Below, in pieces: positions 47,609-57,499 of a DNA stretch of 64,000 nucleotides. The stretch comes from Longimicrobiales bacterium (GTDB lineage: Bacteria; Gemmatimonadota; Gemmatimonadetes; Longimicrobiales; Gaopeijiaceae). Within the stretch, counting starts at the first letter, position 1, and every line of letters begins with the position of its first letter. The stretch lies in assembly GCA_041690395.1 (NCBI GenBank), contig JAWLHJ010000001.1, forward strand, positions 608,001 through 672,000, read 5' to 3'. The notes under the pieces are model-generated. The model was not told where the DNA came from. It ran no database searches and saw only the letters and a list, made by a program, of their open reading frames with translations. Position numbers and translations under genes: made by a program.

Positions 47609-47697
47609 CGAGCTTCCCTTGTACCGCGCCGGCGATCCCGTTCATATCAGGGATCGCATCACCACACACATCGAGCCACATCCACGAGGAGCCTCCC

Positions 47698-47889
47698 ATG
47701 GCCACGTACACCTGCGACAAATGCGGCATGAGCGTCAACATGACCTGCGCGAAGTGCGACACCGAGCTCGTCCACGACTCGATCACGAAGCCGGACGGGG
47801 GTACCGTCGCGGTGTCGAAGTGCCCCGAGGGCCACGGCATGATCAAGTCGCCGATGTGCTGCGCGCAGGACATGACCTGCGCCGTTTGA
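47698..47889 (+). CDS. Small Cys-rich metal-binding protein (desulforedoxin-like ends)
   Basis: Strong RBS GAGGAG; 63 aa, 8 Cys, 2 His; strong GC3 codon bias; fills an intergenic gap. Confidence 0.8.
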   Translation: MATYTCDKCGMSVNMTCAKCDTELVHDSITKPDGGTVAVSKCPEGHGMIKSPMCCAQDMTCAV

Positions 47890-47932
47890 CGGCCGCGCTC
47901 CTCCCGGCTTCCAAAGACTCGAGGACCTCTGC

Positions 47933-50542
47933 ATGACGATTGCCTCCCTCGCGGTGCTCGCGCTCCTCCAGGTACCCCCGCCGACGCAGGAGCTGGCTCC
48001 GGGCACCAACTACGACCCCGCGGTCCCCACGCTCGAAGAGGTCGTGGGTCACGACTTCCATGAAGAGATCACGGCTCCGGCCGACGTCGTCCGCTACATG
48101 GAGGCGCTCGCGGAGGCCGCGCCGGAACGGACGCACCTCTTCGAGTACGCGGAGAGCTGGGAGGGGCGCCCGCTGGTCGTCATGGTGATCGGGTCGGCGG
48201 AGCGCATGGCCCGGCTGGACGAGGTCCGGGAGGATCTCCGGCGGCTCGCGCATCCGGAGGGACTCTCGGAGGCCGACGCCGATGCGCTCATCCAGCGTGC
48301 TCCGGTCGTCACCGCGCTCATGCACGGGATCCACGGCAACGAGATCAGCTCGACCGGGGCGGCGATGGCGGAGGCGTATCACCTGCTGGCGGCCCGGGGC
48401 GATCCCGTGGTCGACCTGATCCTGAGGGAGTCTCTCGTGCTCATCGATCCGTCGGAGAACCCCGACGGTCGGGCGCGCTTCGTCTCCGAGGATCTCCAGA
48501 CCCGGGCGCGGTGGCCGAGCCCCGAGGGTTATTCCGCCGAGCACGATGAGCCGTGGCCGGGGGGACGGGTGAATCACTACCTGTTCGACCTCAACCGCGA
48601 CGTCTTCATCCAGAGCCAGCCGGAGACGCGCGGCCGGGTGGACGTGCTCCTCGACTACTGGCCCCACATCGTGGTCGACCTCCACGAGATGAGCGGCAAC
48701 TCGACCTACTTCTTCCCGCCCGCCGCCGAGCCGACCAATCCCTGGTACGGTGAGCGGCAGGTCGCGTTGATGGACGTCTTCGGGCGGGCGAACGCCGAGG
48801 CGTTCGACCGGCGCGGCTTCGCGTACTTCAACCGGAACGTCTACGACCTCTTCTACCCGGGATACATGGACGGTTGGCCCACCGGCCACGGCGCGCTCGG
48901 AATGACGTTCGAGCAGGCCTCGGCCCGGGCCCTCGTGCTCCTGCGCGACGACGGGGACCTCCTCACCTACGGGGATGGGGTGCTCCACCACTTCACGGCG
49001 GGGATCACGACGGCCGAGACGGCGGCGCGCAACAAGGAGCGCATTCTTCGCGACTATCTCGCGTTCCGGCGCGAGGGGATCGAGATGGGACGAGAGGGCG
49101 CCGCGGAGCTCGTGCTCCACTCGGCGCACGACCCGGGCGCGGCCGAGCGGCTCGCGCGCCTGATGGTCCGCAACGGGATCGAAGTGCGCGAGGCGAGCGG
49201 GCCGGTCTCGGTAGGAGGGCGGACCCTGCCCCAGCGGGGCACCTTCGTCATCCCGCTGGATCAGCCGGCGAGTCGGCTCGCGCGTAACCTGCTCGACCGC
49301 CATGTGCCCATGGATCCCGATTTCGTGGAGCGGCAGATCGAGCGTCGGGCGAGGCGCCAGAGCGACGAGATCTACGACCTGACGGCCTGGAGCCAGTCGC
49401 TGCTCTGGGACGTGGAGGTCATCGAGTCCGCGGGTGCCACCGGCACGGCGGGGCCTGAGCTGACCGCCGAGCGTCCGGTGACGCCGACGGTCCTGCCGGC
49501 CGCGACGGTCGGCTACCTCATGCCGTGGAATACGACCACCGCGGCTGCGGTCACCGAGGCCCTCCGGGAGGGGGTTCGGATCCGGGCCGCGGGCGGGGCC
49601 TTCGAGCTGGCCGGTCGCTCGTGGGGCGTCGGCACGGCGATCGTCCGGACCGCCGAGAACGGGCCCGAGTTCCGTACGGAGCTCGGACGAATCGCGGCGG
49701 AGCACGGCGCGGAGGTCGTGCCGATCGACGACTCGTACGTGACGGAGGGGACGTCGCTGGGGAGCGGGAGCGCCCGCGCTCTGCACGAGCCCCGCGTGCT
49801 CCTCGTCTACGACGAGCCGGGGTCTACCTACTCGGTCGGCTGGTCCCGCTACGTCCTGGAGCGGCGGTACGGACAGCGTACGACCGCCGTCCGGACGTCC
49901 GCGCTCGGAGGTGTGCCGCTGTCCGACTTCGACGTGATCGTGTTTCCGAGCGGGAACTACGGCGGCGCCGTGTCGGACGGGCTCGTCGACGACCTGCGGG
50001 CCTGGGTGAGCGGAGGCGGCACGCTGATTACGATGGCGAACTCCACGGCGTGGGCGACCAGGGCGGGGCTGCTGTCGACGCACGCGGAACGGCGCGGAGG
50101 CCGCGCGGCGGGCACCGACCCGCCGAGCCCGGACACGCCGGAGCAGCCCATCGACTACCTGGACGCCATCGACCCCTTGGACGAGGCTCCGCCGTCGGTC
50201 CCGGGCGCCATCCTGAGCGTCGTCCTCGATACCGAGCACTGGCTCGCGGCCGGGACGGACGGCGAGATCGGCGTGCTCGTGGAAGGGTCGCGGATCTTCA
50301 CGCCGCTCACCCTGGACGACGGGGTCAACGTCGGGCGGTACGGTGGGCTGGACGAGCTCGTGCTGAGCGGGATCGTCTGGGAGGAAGGACGGCCGCAGCT
50401 CGCCAACAAGGCGTTCCTGATGTACGAGCCGATGGGGAGCGGGCAGGTGATCGGGTTCGCGGAGGACCCGAACTACCGTGCCTATGCCGAGGCCACGCAG
50501 CTCCTGTTCATGAACGCGGTGTTGCTCGGCCCGGGACGGTAA
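47933..50542 (+). CDS. M14 zinc carboxypeptidase family protein
   Basis: SWEGRPL, IHGNE (HxxE), NPDGR, FDLNRD, VDLHEM; C-terminal GAT-like region. Confidence 0.9.
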   Translation: MTIASLAVLALLQVPPPTQELAPGTNYDPAVPTLEEVVGHDFHEEITAPADVVRYMEALAEAAPERTHLFEYAESWEGRPLVVMVIGSAERMARLDEVREDLRRLAHPEGLSEADADALIQRAPVVTALMHGIHGNEISSTGAAMAEAYHLLAARGDPVVDLILRESLVLIDPSENPDGRARFVSEDLQTRARWPSPEGYSAEHDEPWPGGRVNHYLFDLNRDVFIQSQPETRGRVDVLLDYWPHIVVDLHEMSGNSTYFFPPAAEPTNPWYGERQVALMDVFGRANAEAFDRRGFAYFNRNVYDLFYPGYMDGWPTGHGALGMTFEQASARALVLLRDDGDLLTYGDGVLHHFTAGITTAETAARNKERILRDYLAFRREGIEMGREGAAELVLHSAHDPGAAERLARLMVRNGIEVREASGPVSVGGRTLPQRGTFVIPLDQPASRLARNLLDRHVPMDPDFVERQIERRARRQSDEIYDLTAWSQSLLWDVEVIESAGATGTAGPELTAERPVTPTVLPAATVGYLMPWNTTTAAAVTEALREGVRIRAAGGAFELAGRSWGVGTAIVRTAENGPEFRTELGRIAAEHGAEVVPIDDSYVTEGTSLGSGSARALHEPRVLLVYDEPGSTYSVGWSRYVLERRYGQRTTAVRTSALGGVPLSDFDVIVFPSGNYGGAVSDGLVDDLRAWVSGGGTLITMANSTAWATRAGLLSTHAERRGGRAAGTDPPSPDTPEQPIDYLDAIDPLDEAPPSVPGAILSVVLDTEHWLAAGTDGEIGVLVEGSRIFTPLTLDDGVNVGRYGGLDELVLSGIVWEEGRPQLANKAFLMYEPMGSGQVIGFAEDPNYRAYAEATQLLFMNAVLLGPGR

Positions 50543-50625
50543 CGGTCGGAACCGTAGCGGTTGGATGACGGGTGCGGGCCGAACGGTGCCGCGCCCCGGA
50601 TACACGGTCTGCACGGAGGTGGCCC

Positions 50626-52365
50626 ATGGCCGCGATGGATCGTAGGGACTTCATCCGCGCCGGGGTGGTGGGTGGTGCGGGCGCGGCCATGCTGGGGGTG
50701 GGGGCGTGCGCTCCCGACGGGGCCGGCACGGAACGGTCCGGCGGCGAAGGGTCCATGCCGTCCGCGCGATCCCCGGGCGACACGCCCTGGGACATCCCGG
50801 ACTTCCCGCTCGAGGAGATCACCATCGACGGCGTGGCCCAGGCGCTCGCGGCCGGCACCTACAGTTGCCGGGAGATCACCGAGATGTACCTCGCGCGTAT
50901 CGAGGCGCTCGACCGACAGGGCCCCCGCCTGTTTGCCGTGCTGGAGACGAACCCGGACGCCCTCGAGATCGCCGACGCCCTCGACGCGGAGCTGCGGGAC
51001 CGGGGCCCGCGCGGCCCGCTGCACGGGGTGCCCATCCTCCTGAAGGACAACATCGACACCGCCGATCGCATGACCACGACCGCGGGCTCGACCGCGCTGC
51101 TCGGCTCGATCGCGCCCACCGATGCCCACATCGCGGCCAAGCTGCGCGAGGCCGGCGCGATTCTGCTCGGCAAGGCCAACATGAGCGAGTGGGCCGGCTT
51201 CAAGTCGTTCGTGCGCGGGACGTCGGGATGGAGCGGCCGGGGCTGGGACGGAGGCGACGGAGGGCTCTGCGGCAACCCGTACGCGCTCGACCGCTCGCCG
51301 GGCGGCTCGAGCTCGGGCTCGGGGGCCGGGTGCGCGGCCAACTTCGCGACGGTGGCGATCGGCACCGAGACGGACGGCTCGATCGTGGGGCCGTCGTCGC
51401 GCAACTGCCTGGTCGGCCTCAAGCCGACGCTCGGGCTCATGAGTCGAGGCGGCGTGATTCCCATCGCCCACAGCCAGGACAGCGCCGGGCCGATGGCGCG
51501 CACGGTACGCGACGTCGCGATCCTGCTCGGGGCGATGACCGGCGCGGATCCGCGAGATCCCGCGAGCCAGGAGGCGGTCGCGCACACGCAACCCGACTAC
51601 ACGACCTTCCTCGACCCTGCGGGGCTTCAAGGAGCCCGCATCGGCGTCGCCCGGGGGTACATGGGGTTCGACGACCGCGTCGACGCCCTGTTCGAGGAGG
51701 CGCTCGACGCCATGCGGGCGGAGGGCGCCACGATCGTGGATCCGATCACGCTCCCCGAGCAGCTCCGTTTCGGAAACGACTTCGAGATGGAGGTCCTGTA
51801 CCACGAGTTCAAGGCCGACCTCAACGCATATCTCGCGACGCTCGGGCCGGACGCGCCGGTGCGGTCGCTGGCGGACGTCATCGCGTACAACGAGCGGAAC
51901 CCCCACCTCGAGCTCTCCCTCTTCCCGCACGATCTCCTCACCGAGGCCCAGGCGCGCGGGCCACTCACCGACGCGCGGTACCGGAACGCGCTCCTCAACA
52001 GCCGCCGGTACGCGCGCGAGCTGGGCATAGACCGGGTCATGGACCAGCAGCGGCTCGACGCCATCGTCGGGGCGACCTCCGGGATCCCCGAGCTCGCCGA
52101 CTACACGGGGGCGACCACCGGACGGGGCGGCGGGTGCTCGACGCCCTCGGCCATGGCCGGCTATCCGAACCTCACGGTTCCCATGGGCTTCCTGTTCGGC
52201 CTGCCGGTGGGACTGTCGATGTTCGGCCGGGCCTGGAGCGAGCCGACCCTGCTGCGGCTGGCGTATGCCTTCGAGCAGGCGACCGGGCACCGGCGGCCTC
52301 CGCGGTTCCATCGCACCGCTCAGGCGCGCGTCCCACGCTCGGAGTCCGGGGCGCCGGCGGCATGA
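50626..52365 (+). CDS. Amidase signature family enzyme, Tat lipoprotein
   Basis: RBS GGAGGT; DRRDFI Tat motif and VGAC lipobox; [36 protein letters not shown]. Confidence 0.92.
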   Translation: MAAMDRRDFIRAGVVGGAGAAMLGVGACAPDGAGTERSGGEGSMPSARSPGDTPWDIPDFPLEEITIDGVAQALAAGTYSCREITEMYLARIEALDRQGPRLFAVLETNPDALEIADALDAELRDRGPRGPLHGVPILLKDNIDTADRMTTTAGSTALLGSIAPTDAHIAAKLREAGAILLGKANMSEWAGFKSFVRGTSGWSGRGWDGGDGGLCGNPYALDRSPGGSSSGSGAGCAANFATVAIGTETDGSIVGPSSRNCLVGLKPTLGLMSRGGVIPIAHSQDSAGPMARTVRDVAILLGAMTGADPRDPASQEAVAHTQPDYTTFLDPAGLQGARIGVARGYMGFDDRVDALFEEALDAMRAEGATIVDPITLPEQLRFGNDFEMEVLYHEFKADLNAYLATLGPDAPVRSLADVIAYNERNPHLELSLFPHDLLTEAQARGPLTDARYRNALLNSRRYARELGIDRVMDQQRLDAIVGATSGIPELADYTGATTGRGGGCSTPSAMAGYPNLTVPMGFLFGLPVGLSMFGRAWSEPTLLRLAYAFEQATGHRRPPRFHRTAQARVPRSESGAPAA

Positions 52366-52408
52366 GCGGACCGTGCCCGAGGATGGGTCCGTGAGCCGAG
52401 ACCCCGTG

Positions 52409-53560
52409 ATGCCGGGCTTCCGGCTGGGCTCGGTCCTCGGGTTCGAGATCCGCATCGACTACTCGTGGTTCGTCATCGCTTTCCTCATCCTCTGGTCCCT
52501 CTCCGCGGGCGTCTTCCCCGAGCGACTGGAGGGCCTGCAGCCGGCTGCGTATCTCGTGATGGGCGTTGCCGGCACGATCCTCTTCTTCGCATCCCTGCTC
52601 GCGCACGAGCTCTCTCACTCCGTCGTCGCCCGCACACGCGGCGTGGAGGTGGCCGGCATCACGCTCTTCGTCTTCGGCGGGATGGCCCATACGAAGAGCG
52701 AGGCGCGGAACCCCGAAGACGAGCTGGCCATCGCAGGGGTCGGCCCGCTCTGCAGCCTCGTGCTCGCCGGGCTCTTCTGGGTCGCGGTCCGGGTCGGCGA
52801 GCCGCTCGGCCTTCCCGCGCCCGCCCTGGTCATCGGCGAGTACCTCGCCCTGATCAACCTGATCCTGGCGCTCTTCAACCTGCTTCCAGGCTTCCCGTTG
52901 GATGGCGGACGGCTCTTCCGCGCCCTGGTGTGGCGCTATACGGGAGACGTGACCCGAGCCACCCGGTGGGCGACGCAGGGGGGCAAGGCGTTGGGATACG
53001 CGCTCATCGGGCTCGGCGCCCTCCAGACGCTGGCCGGCGCGGTCGTGGGCGGGCTGTGGATGGTGTTCATCGGTTGGTTCCTGCGGACGGCGGCCCTCAC
53101 GTCCTACGAGCAGCACCTGATGAGTGGCGTCCTCGGCCACCTGCGGGCCGACCGGATCATGACGCCCGACCCGAGCACCGTGTCGCCGGATCTGTCGCTG
53201 GCGGACTTCGTCGAAGGGCGGCTCCTCCGAGAGCGGCATCAGGGATTCCCGGTCGTCCGGGATGGCCGGGTCCTCGGGCTCGTCACCCTGGACCACGTCC
53301 GGGCGACGCCACGGGACCGGTGGCCCTCGACGAGCGTGGAGGCCGTGATGGCCCCGGCCGAGGTACTCACCGTGGCTCCGGACGCGACACTCCAGGACGT
53401 GCTCGAGACCATGGCGGGGAGCGGCGTACAGCGAGTCCTGGTGGTGGACGAGGCCCGGCTCGTCGGCGTCATCTCCGCGAGCGACGTGTCCCGATGGCTC
53501 CAGAAAGAGCGAGTGCTCGGAGGGGTGGTCGCGGCCTCGGACCGGAGGCTTTCCCCGTGA
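52409..53560 (+). CDS. Site-2 protease (M50) with CBS domain pair
   Basis: HELSH, FNLLPGFPLDGG, two CBS repeats; alternative start GTG 52391. Confidence 0.92.
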   Translation: MPGFRLGSVLGFEIRIDYSWFVIAFLILWSLSAGVFPERLEGLQPAAYLVMGVAGTILFFASLLAHELSHSVVARTRGVEVAGITLFVFGGMAHTKSEARNPEDELAIAGVGPLCSLVLAGLFWVAVRVGEPLGLPAPALVIGEYLALINLILALFNLLPGFPLDGGRLFRALVWRYTGDVTRATRWATQGGKALGYALIGLGALQTLAGAVVGGLWMVFIGWFLRTAALTSYEQHLMSGVLGHLRADRIMTPDPSTVSPDLSLADFVEGRLLRERHQGFPVVRDGRVLGLVTLDHVRATPRDRWPSTSVEAVMAPAEVLTVAPDATLQDVLETMAGSGVQRVLVVDEARLVGVISASDVSRWLQKERVLGGVVAASDRRLSP

Positions 53561-54198
53561 GGGGCGACGCGGCGGCCCAGCGGGCCCGCATGGTCGAGCG
53601 CCAGCTCGCCCGACGCGGAATCCGGAACCCGGCCGTGCTCGAAGCCATGAGGACGGTCCCTCGGGAGGAGTTCGTTCCCGAGGACTCGCGTCATGAGGCC
53701 TACGAGGACCGTCCGCTTCCCATCGGTGAAGGGCAGACGATCTCCCAGCCTTACGTCGTGGCGCTGATGATCGAGGCGCTTTCCCTCGCCCCGGACGACC
53801 GCGTGCTGGAGGTCGGAGCGGGATCGGGTTACGCGGCCGCCGTCCTGGGGCGTATCGCCCGCGAGGTGTATGCCATCGAGCGCCACGGATCCCTCGCTCG
53901 CGCCGCATCGGAGCGGATGCGCCGACTCGGCTACGACAACGTCCAGGTGAGGGAGGGGGACGGAACCCTCGGTTGGGCGGAGGAGGCTCCGTTCGACGCG
54001 ATCCTCGTCTCGGCCGGAGGTCCGGAGGTCCCCGCGCCTCTGCTCGATCAGCTCGTGTCCGGCGGCAGGCTCGTCATCCCTCTCGGGGATCCCATGAAGG
54101 ACCAGGAACTCGTCCGGCTCGAGCAGCGGGCCGGGGGCGCAGTCGTCCGGGAGTCGCTCGGCCACGTTCGCTTCGTGCCCCTCGTCGGTGAGGGTTGA
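53557..54198 (+). CDS. pcm: Protein-L-isoaspartate O-methyltransferase
   Basis: VPREEFVP, AYEDRPLPIGEGQTISQPY, VLEVGAGSGY, GDGTLGW, APFDAI, VRFVPL; GTGA overlap, RBS GGAGG. Confidence 0.95.
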   Translation: MRGDAAAQRARMVERQLARRGIRNPAVLEAMRTVPREEFVPEDSRHEAYEDRPLPIGEGQTISQPYVVALMIEALSLAPDDRVLEVGAGSGYAAAVLGRIAREVYAIERHGSLARAASERMRRLGYDNVQVREGDGTLGWAEEAPFDAILVSAGGPEVPAPLLDQLVSGGRLVIPLGDPMKDQELVRLEQRAGGAVVRESLGHVRFVPLVGEG

Positions 54199-54333
54199 GG
54201 CCCCGACGCCCTCGCTCCAGCTCCGGGCCTCCGGGAACGGAAGCCCGCCGCGGGGGATATTCCTCCATCGCGCTGCGCCCCGTGAATGCGCGCGTTATTT
54301 GATAAATCCGATATTTCAGGAGAACGGAAGCCC

Positions 54334-57033
54334 ATGGGCAGACGGATGCTACATGCCACCGGGTCGACGCTGCTGCTCCTCCTCACGCTGGCGGTTCCGG
54401 CGTGGGCGCAGAACCGGGTCACGACCCCGGAGCAGCAGTTCGGCCACGAGCTCGGTGCCGACTACGAGCTGATCGACTACGAACAGCTTCACGACTACTG
54501 GATCGAGCTGGCCAACCAGTCGGACCGGATGGTGCTCGACACCATCGGGCTCACGGAGGAAGGGCGTCCGCAGGTCCAAGCCATCATCACCTCTCCCGAG
54601 AACCACGCGAACATCGACCGGTACCGGGAGATCGCGCGGCGGCTGGCGAAGGCCGAGGGTGTGAGCGAGGAAGAGGCCCGCAGGCTGGCCGACGAGGGGA
54701 AGGCCATCGTCTGGATCGACGGCGGGTTGCACGCGACCGAGGTGCTCGGCGCGCAGCAGCTCACGGAGATGGTGTACCGGCTGAACGACTACACGGACGC
54801 CGAGACGCAGCGCATCCTGGACGACGTGATCATCCTCGCCACGCACGCGAACCCGGACGGCATGGAGCTGGTCTCGGACTGGTACATGCGGAACGACGAT
54901 CCGCTCGAGCGGAGCTCGTCGGGCATTCCGGTGCTCTATCAGAAGTACGCGGGCCACGACAACAACCGTGACTTCTACATGGCGGCGCTCGCCGAGACGC
55001 AGAACATGAACGTCTCGATGTACCGCGAGTGGTTCCCGCAGATCGTCTACAACCACCATCAGACGGGACCGGCCGGCACCGTCATGTTCGCGCCGCCGTT
55101 CCGCGATCCGCCGAACCATTACCTCGACGGGCTCATCGTCACCAGCCTCGACCAGGTCGGCTCGGCCATGCACCACCGGTTCGTGCAGGAGGGCAAGGGC
55201 GGCACGACCATGCGCTCGGGCGCTTCGTACTCCACGTGGTGGAACGGCGGCCTCCGCACCACGCCGTACTTCAAGAACATGATCGGGCTGCTGACGGAGA
55301 CGATCGGCCATCCGACCCCGATCGAGATCCCGTTCGTTCCCCGGACGCAGTATCCGAGCGCCGACTATCCGCTCCCGGTCGAGCCGGGGCCGTGGCATTT
55401 CCGGCAGTCCGTGGAGTACTCGCAGACGGCCAACTGGGCGGTGCTCGACTACGCCTCGCGGAACTCTGACCTGTTGCTGTTCAACATCTGGCGCATGGGG
55501 ATGAACTCGATCGAGCGGGGGAGCCGGGATTCCTGGACCACCCTTCCGTTCGAGATCGACGAGGCGGCCGAGGAGATGAACCGCGGCGACCGAGCCGACT
55601 GGGCGCGCTTCCTGCGCGACCCGGACGACCGTGAGCCGCGCGGCTTCATCATTCCGTCGGACCAGGTCGACTTCCCGACCGCGACCAAGTTCGTCAACAC
55701 GCTGCTCTACAACGGCGTCGACGTGCATCGGGCCACGGCCGACTTCACCGTGCAGGGCCAGTCGTACCCGGCGGGCTCGTACGTCGTGAAGGGCGACCAG
55801 GCCTTCCGTCCGCACGTGCTCGACATGTTCGAGGAGCAGCAGCACCCGAACGACTTCGCCTATCCGGGCGCTCCTCCGACCGCGCCGTACGACAACACCG
55901 GGTGGACGCTCGCCTGGCAGATGGGCGTGGACTTCGACCGCGTCATGGAAGGGTTCGACGGGCCGTTCGAGCTCATTCCCGACATCATCGACACGCCCCC
56001 GGCCGGCACGGTGGCGGGCGTCCCTAACGCCCGCGGGTACCTCGTCGCCCACATCAACGACGCGTTCACCGCGGTGAACCGCGTGCTCGGGTCCGGTGGG
56101 AGCGCGTGGTGGTACACCGAGCCCGTCACGGTCGGCGGCGAGACGTTCGAGACGGGAGCGTTCTACCTCGAGACGAGCCGGAGCACCGTCGAGACCCTGG
56201 CCGAAGAGAAGGGACTCGACTTCGTGGGTGTGGCGGGAAGGCCGTCGGGCTCCGCCATGGAGCTCGAGCCGGTCAAGATCGGTCTGGTCGACCAGTACGG
56301 CGGCTCCATGCCGTCCGGCTGGACGCGGATGATCCTCGAGGACTTCGAGTTCGACTTCGAGCTCGTCTTCGCGCCGGATCTGGATTCCGGTGATCTCTCG
56401 GAGTACGACGTGCTCCTCTTCGAGGACGGCATCGTTCCTCAGGAAGACCGTGAGGGCCAGCTGGGCACCGACCCGCAGACGATTCCGGCCGAGTACCGTG
56501 ACCGGCTCGGACGGTTGACGGTGGCCAACTCCGTGCCTCGCGTTCTCGATTTCGTCCGTGAGGGCGGAGCGGCGATCGCGATCGGGTCTTCGGCGAACCT
56601 GGCCTACCATGCCGGGCTGCCGGTGGACAACCACCTCGTTCGGAACGGCGAGGAGCTCACGCGTGAAGACTACTTCACGCCCGGATCCATCCTGGAGATG
56701 CGGGTCGACCATCAGAGCCCGATGACGCACGGCTACGACGACCGTGTCGACGTGCTGTTCAGCCACAGCCCGACATTCCGCATCCGCCCGGACGCCGAGG
56801 GCGTGCGACGGATCGGTTGGTTCGACTCGGCCGAGCCGCTGAAGAGCGGGTGGTCCTGGGGGCAGCAGTACCTGGAGGACGGGGTCGGAGCGTTCGAGGC
56901 CGACTACGGGGAGGGCAAGATGTTCATCTTCGGGCCGAAGATCACGTTCCGCTCGCAGTCGCACGGAACGTTCGGCTTCCTGTTCAACGGGATCTACTAC
57001 GGAGCGCTCGGGCAGCGGCCGGTGTCCCAGTAG
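54334..57033 (+). CDS. M14 zinc carboxypeptidase family protein
   Basis: Signal peptide; TEEGRP, LHATE, NPDG, GHDNNRD, NHHQ; C-terminal GAT-like region. Confidence 0.9.
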   Translation: MGRRMLHATGSTLLLLLTLAVPAWAQNRVTTPEQQFGHELGADYELIDYEQLHDYWIELANQSDRMVLDTIGLTEEGRPQVQAIITSPENHANIDRYREIARRLAKAEGVSEEEARRLADEGKAIVWIDGGLHATEVLGAQQLTEMVYRLNDYTDAETQRILDDVIILATHANPDGMELVSDWYMRNDDPLERSSSGIPVLYQKYAGHDNNRDFYMAALAETQNMNVSMYREWFPQIVYNHHQTGPAGTVMFAPPFRDPPNHYLDGLIVTSLDQVGSAMHHRFVQEGKGGTTMRSGASYSTWWNGGLRTTPYFKNMIGLLTETIGHPTPIEIPFVPRTQYPSADYPLPVEPGPWHFRQSVEYSQTANWAVLDYASRNSDLLLFNIWRMGMNSIERGSRDSWTTLPFEIDEAAEEMNRGDRADWARFLRDPDDREPRGFIIPSDQVDFPTATKFVNTLLYNGVDVHRATADFTVQGQSYPAGSYVVKGDQAFRPHVLDMFEEQQHPNDFAYPGAPPTAPYDNTGWTLAWQMGVDFDRVMEGFDGPFELIPDIIDTPPAGTVAGVPNARGYLVAHINDAFTAVNRVLGSGGSAWWYTEPVTVGGETFETGAFYLETSRSTVETLAEEKGLDFVGVAGRPSGSAMELEPVKIGLVDQYGGSMPSGWTRMILEDFEFDFELVFAPDLDSGDLSEYDVLLFEDGIVPQEDREGQLGTDPQTIPAEYRDRLGRLTVANSVPRVLDFVREGGAAIAIGSSANLAYHAGLPVDNHLVRNGEELTREDYFTPGSILEMRVDHQSPMTHGYDDRVDVLFSHSPTFRIRPDAEGVRRIGWFDSAEPLKSGWSWGQQYLEDGVGAFEADYGEGKMFIFGPKITFRSQSHGTFGFLFNGIYYGALGQRPVSQ

Positions 57034-57081
57034 GCTCCCCCGGCGGCGGCTCCCGGTAGGGAGCTGCTCGGGGTGACGAGG

Positions 57082-57129
57082 GAAGCCCTCTCACCGGTCC
57101 GCGGGGACTGGTGGGGGGGCTTTCTCTTT
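57082..57129 (+). terminator. Rho-independent terminator after the M14 gene
   Basis: 19-bp stem with four G-U pairs, GCGG loop, TTTCTCTTT tail; preceded by another hairpin at 57038-57073. Confidence 0.75.
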
Positions 57130-57158
57130 GTGCTCGGGGCGCCGTCACGGCTCCCCTT

Positions 57159-57299
57159 GGAAGTCGTTCGAGGTTCGAACGATCGGTTCCGTCACGCCCG
57201 GAACGACGTCGGCTCAGGGGCGCCGGTACCACGCGGAGGAACGCCCGGGACTCACCGCGCGACCTCCCTCGGGAATCGTTCGAATCTCGAGCGACTTTC
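57159..57299. repeat. REP/REPIN-like inverted doublet of an imperfect palindrome
   Basis: 57159-57183 and 57275-57299 are 25-bp inverted repeats; each arm contains TCGTTCGA-N3-TCGA(A/G)CGA. Confidence 0.65.
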
Positions 57300-57415
57300 G
57301 ATATGCGGCGCGGAAGAGCACGAAGCCGACCGGGGAAGAGTACGGAGCCGGACGGAAGAGTGCGGAGCCGAGCGGAGAACGGTCGCGGGCTCGGCGACCC
57401 CGCCCGTGGAGCACG

Positions 57416-57455
57416 AAAAAAACGGGCCGCCCGGTCTCCCGGACGGCCCGCTTTT
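57416..57455 (-). terminator. Rho-independent terminator of the cold-shock gene (possibly bidirectional)
   Basis: Minus strand CGGGCCGTCCGG-GAGA-CCGGGCGGCCCG then 7 T; TTTT also present on the plus side. Confidence 0.85.
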
Positions 57456-57499
57456 CAGCTCGGCGGCCCGTGGGCCGCCAGATGGTCAGATTCGACCGA

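Noticed and set aside
54295..54317. AT-rich TTATTTGATAAATCCGATATTT as an FNR/Fur box
   Set aside because: Only a TTGAT half-site and 4-bp arms; more likely ordinary promoter sequence.
23824..56964. Very long antisense ORFs (for example 23824..26340, 34561..36564, 47843..50614, 54349..56964)
   Set aside because: They mirror well-supported genes on the other strand; this is expected from strong GC3 bias, and they carry no recognisable motifs.
57170..57292. GGTTCGAA / GTTCGAATC resembling tRNA T-loops
   Set aside because: No T-stem, acceptor stem or cloverleaf; explained by the palindrome doublet.
57130..57300. Possible CRISPR mini-array
   Set aside because: Only two copies, in inverted orientation, 91 nt apart, and no cas genes.
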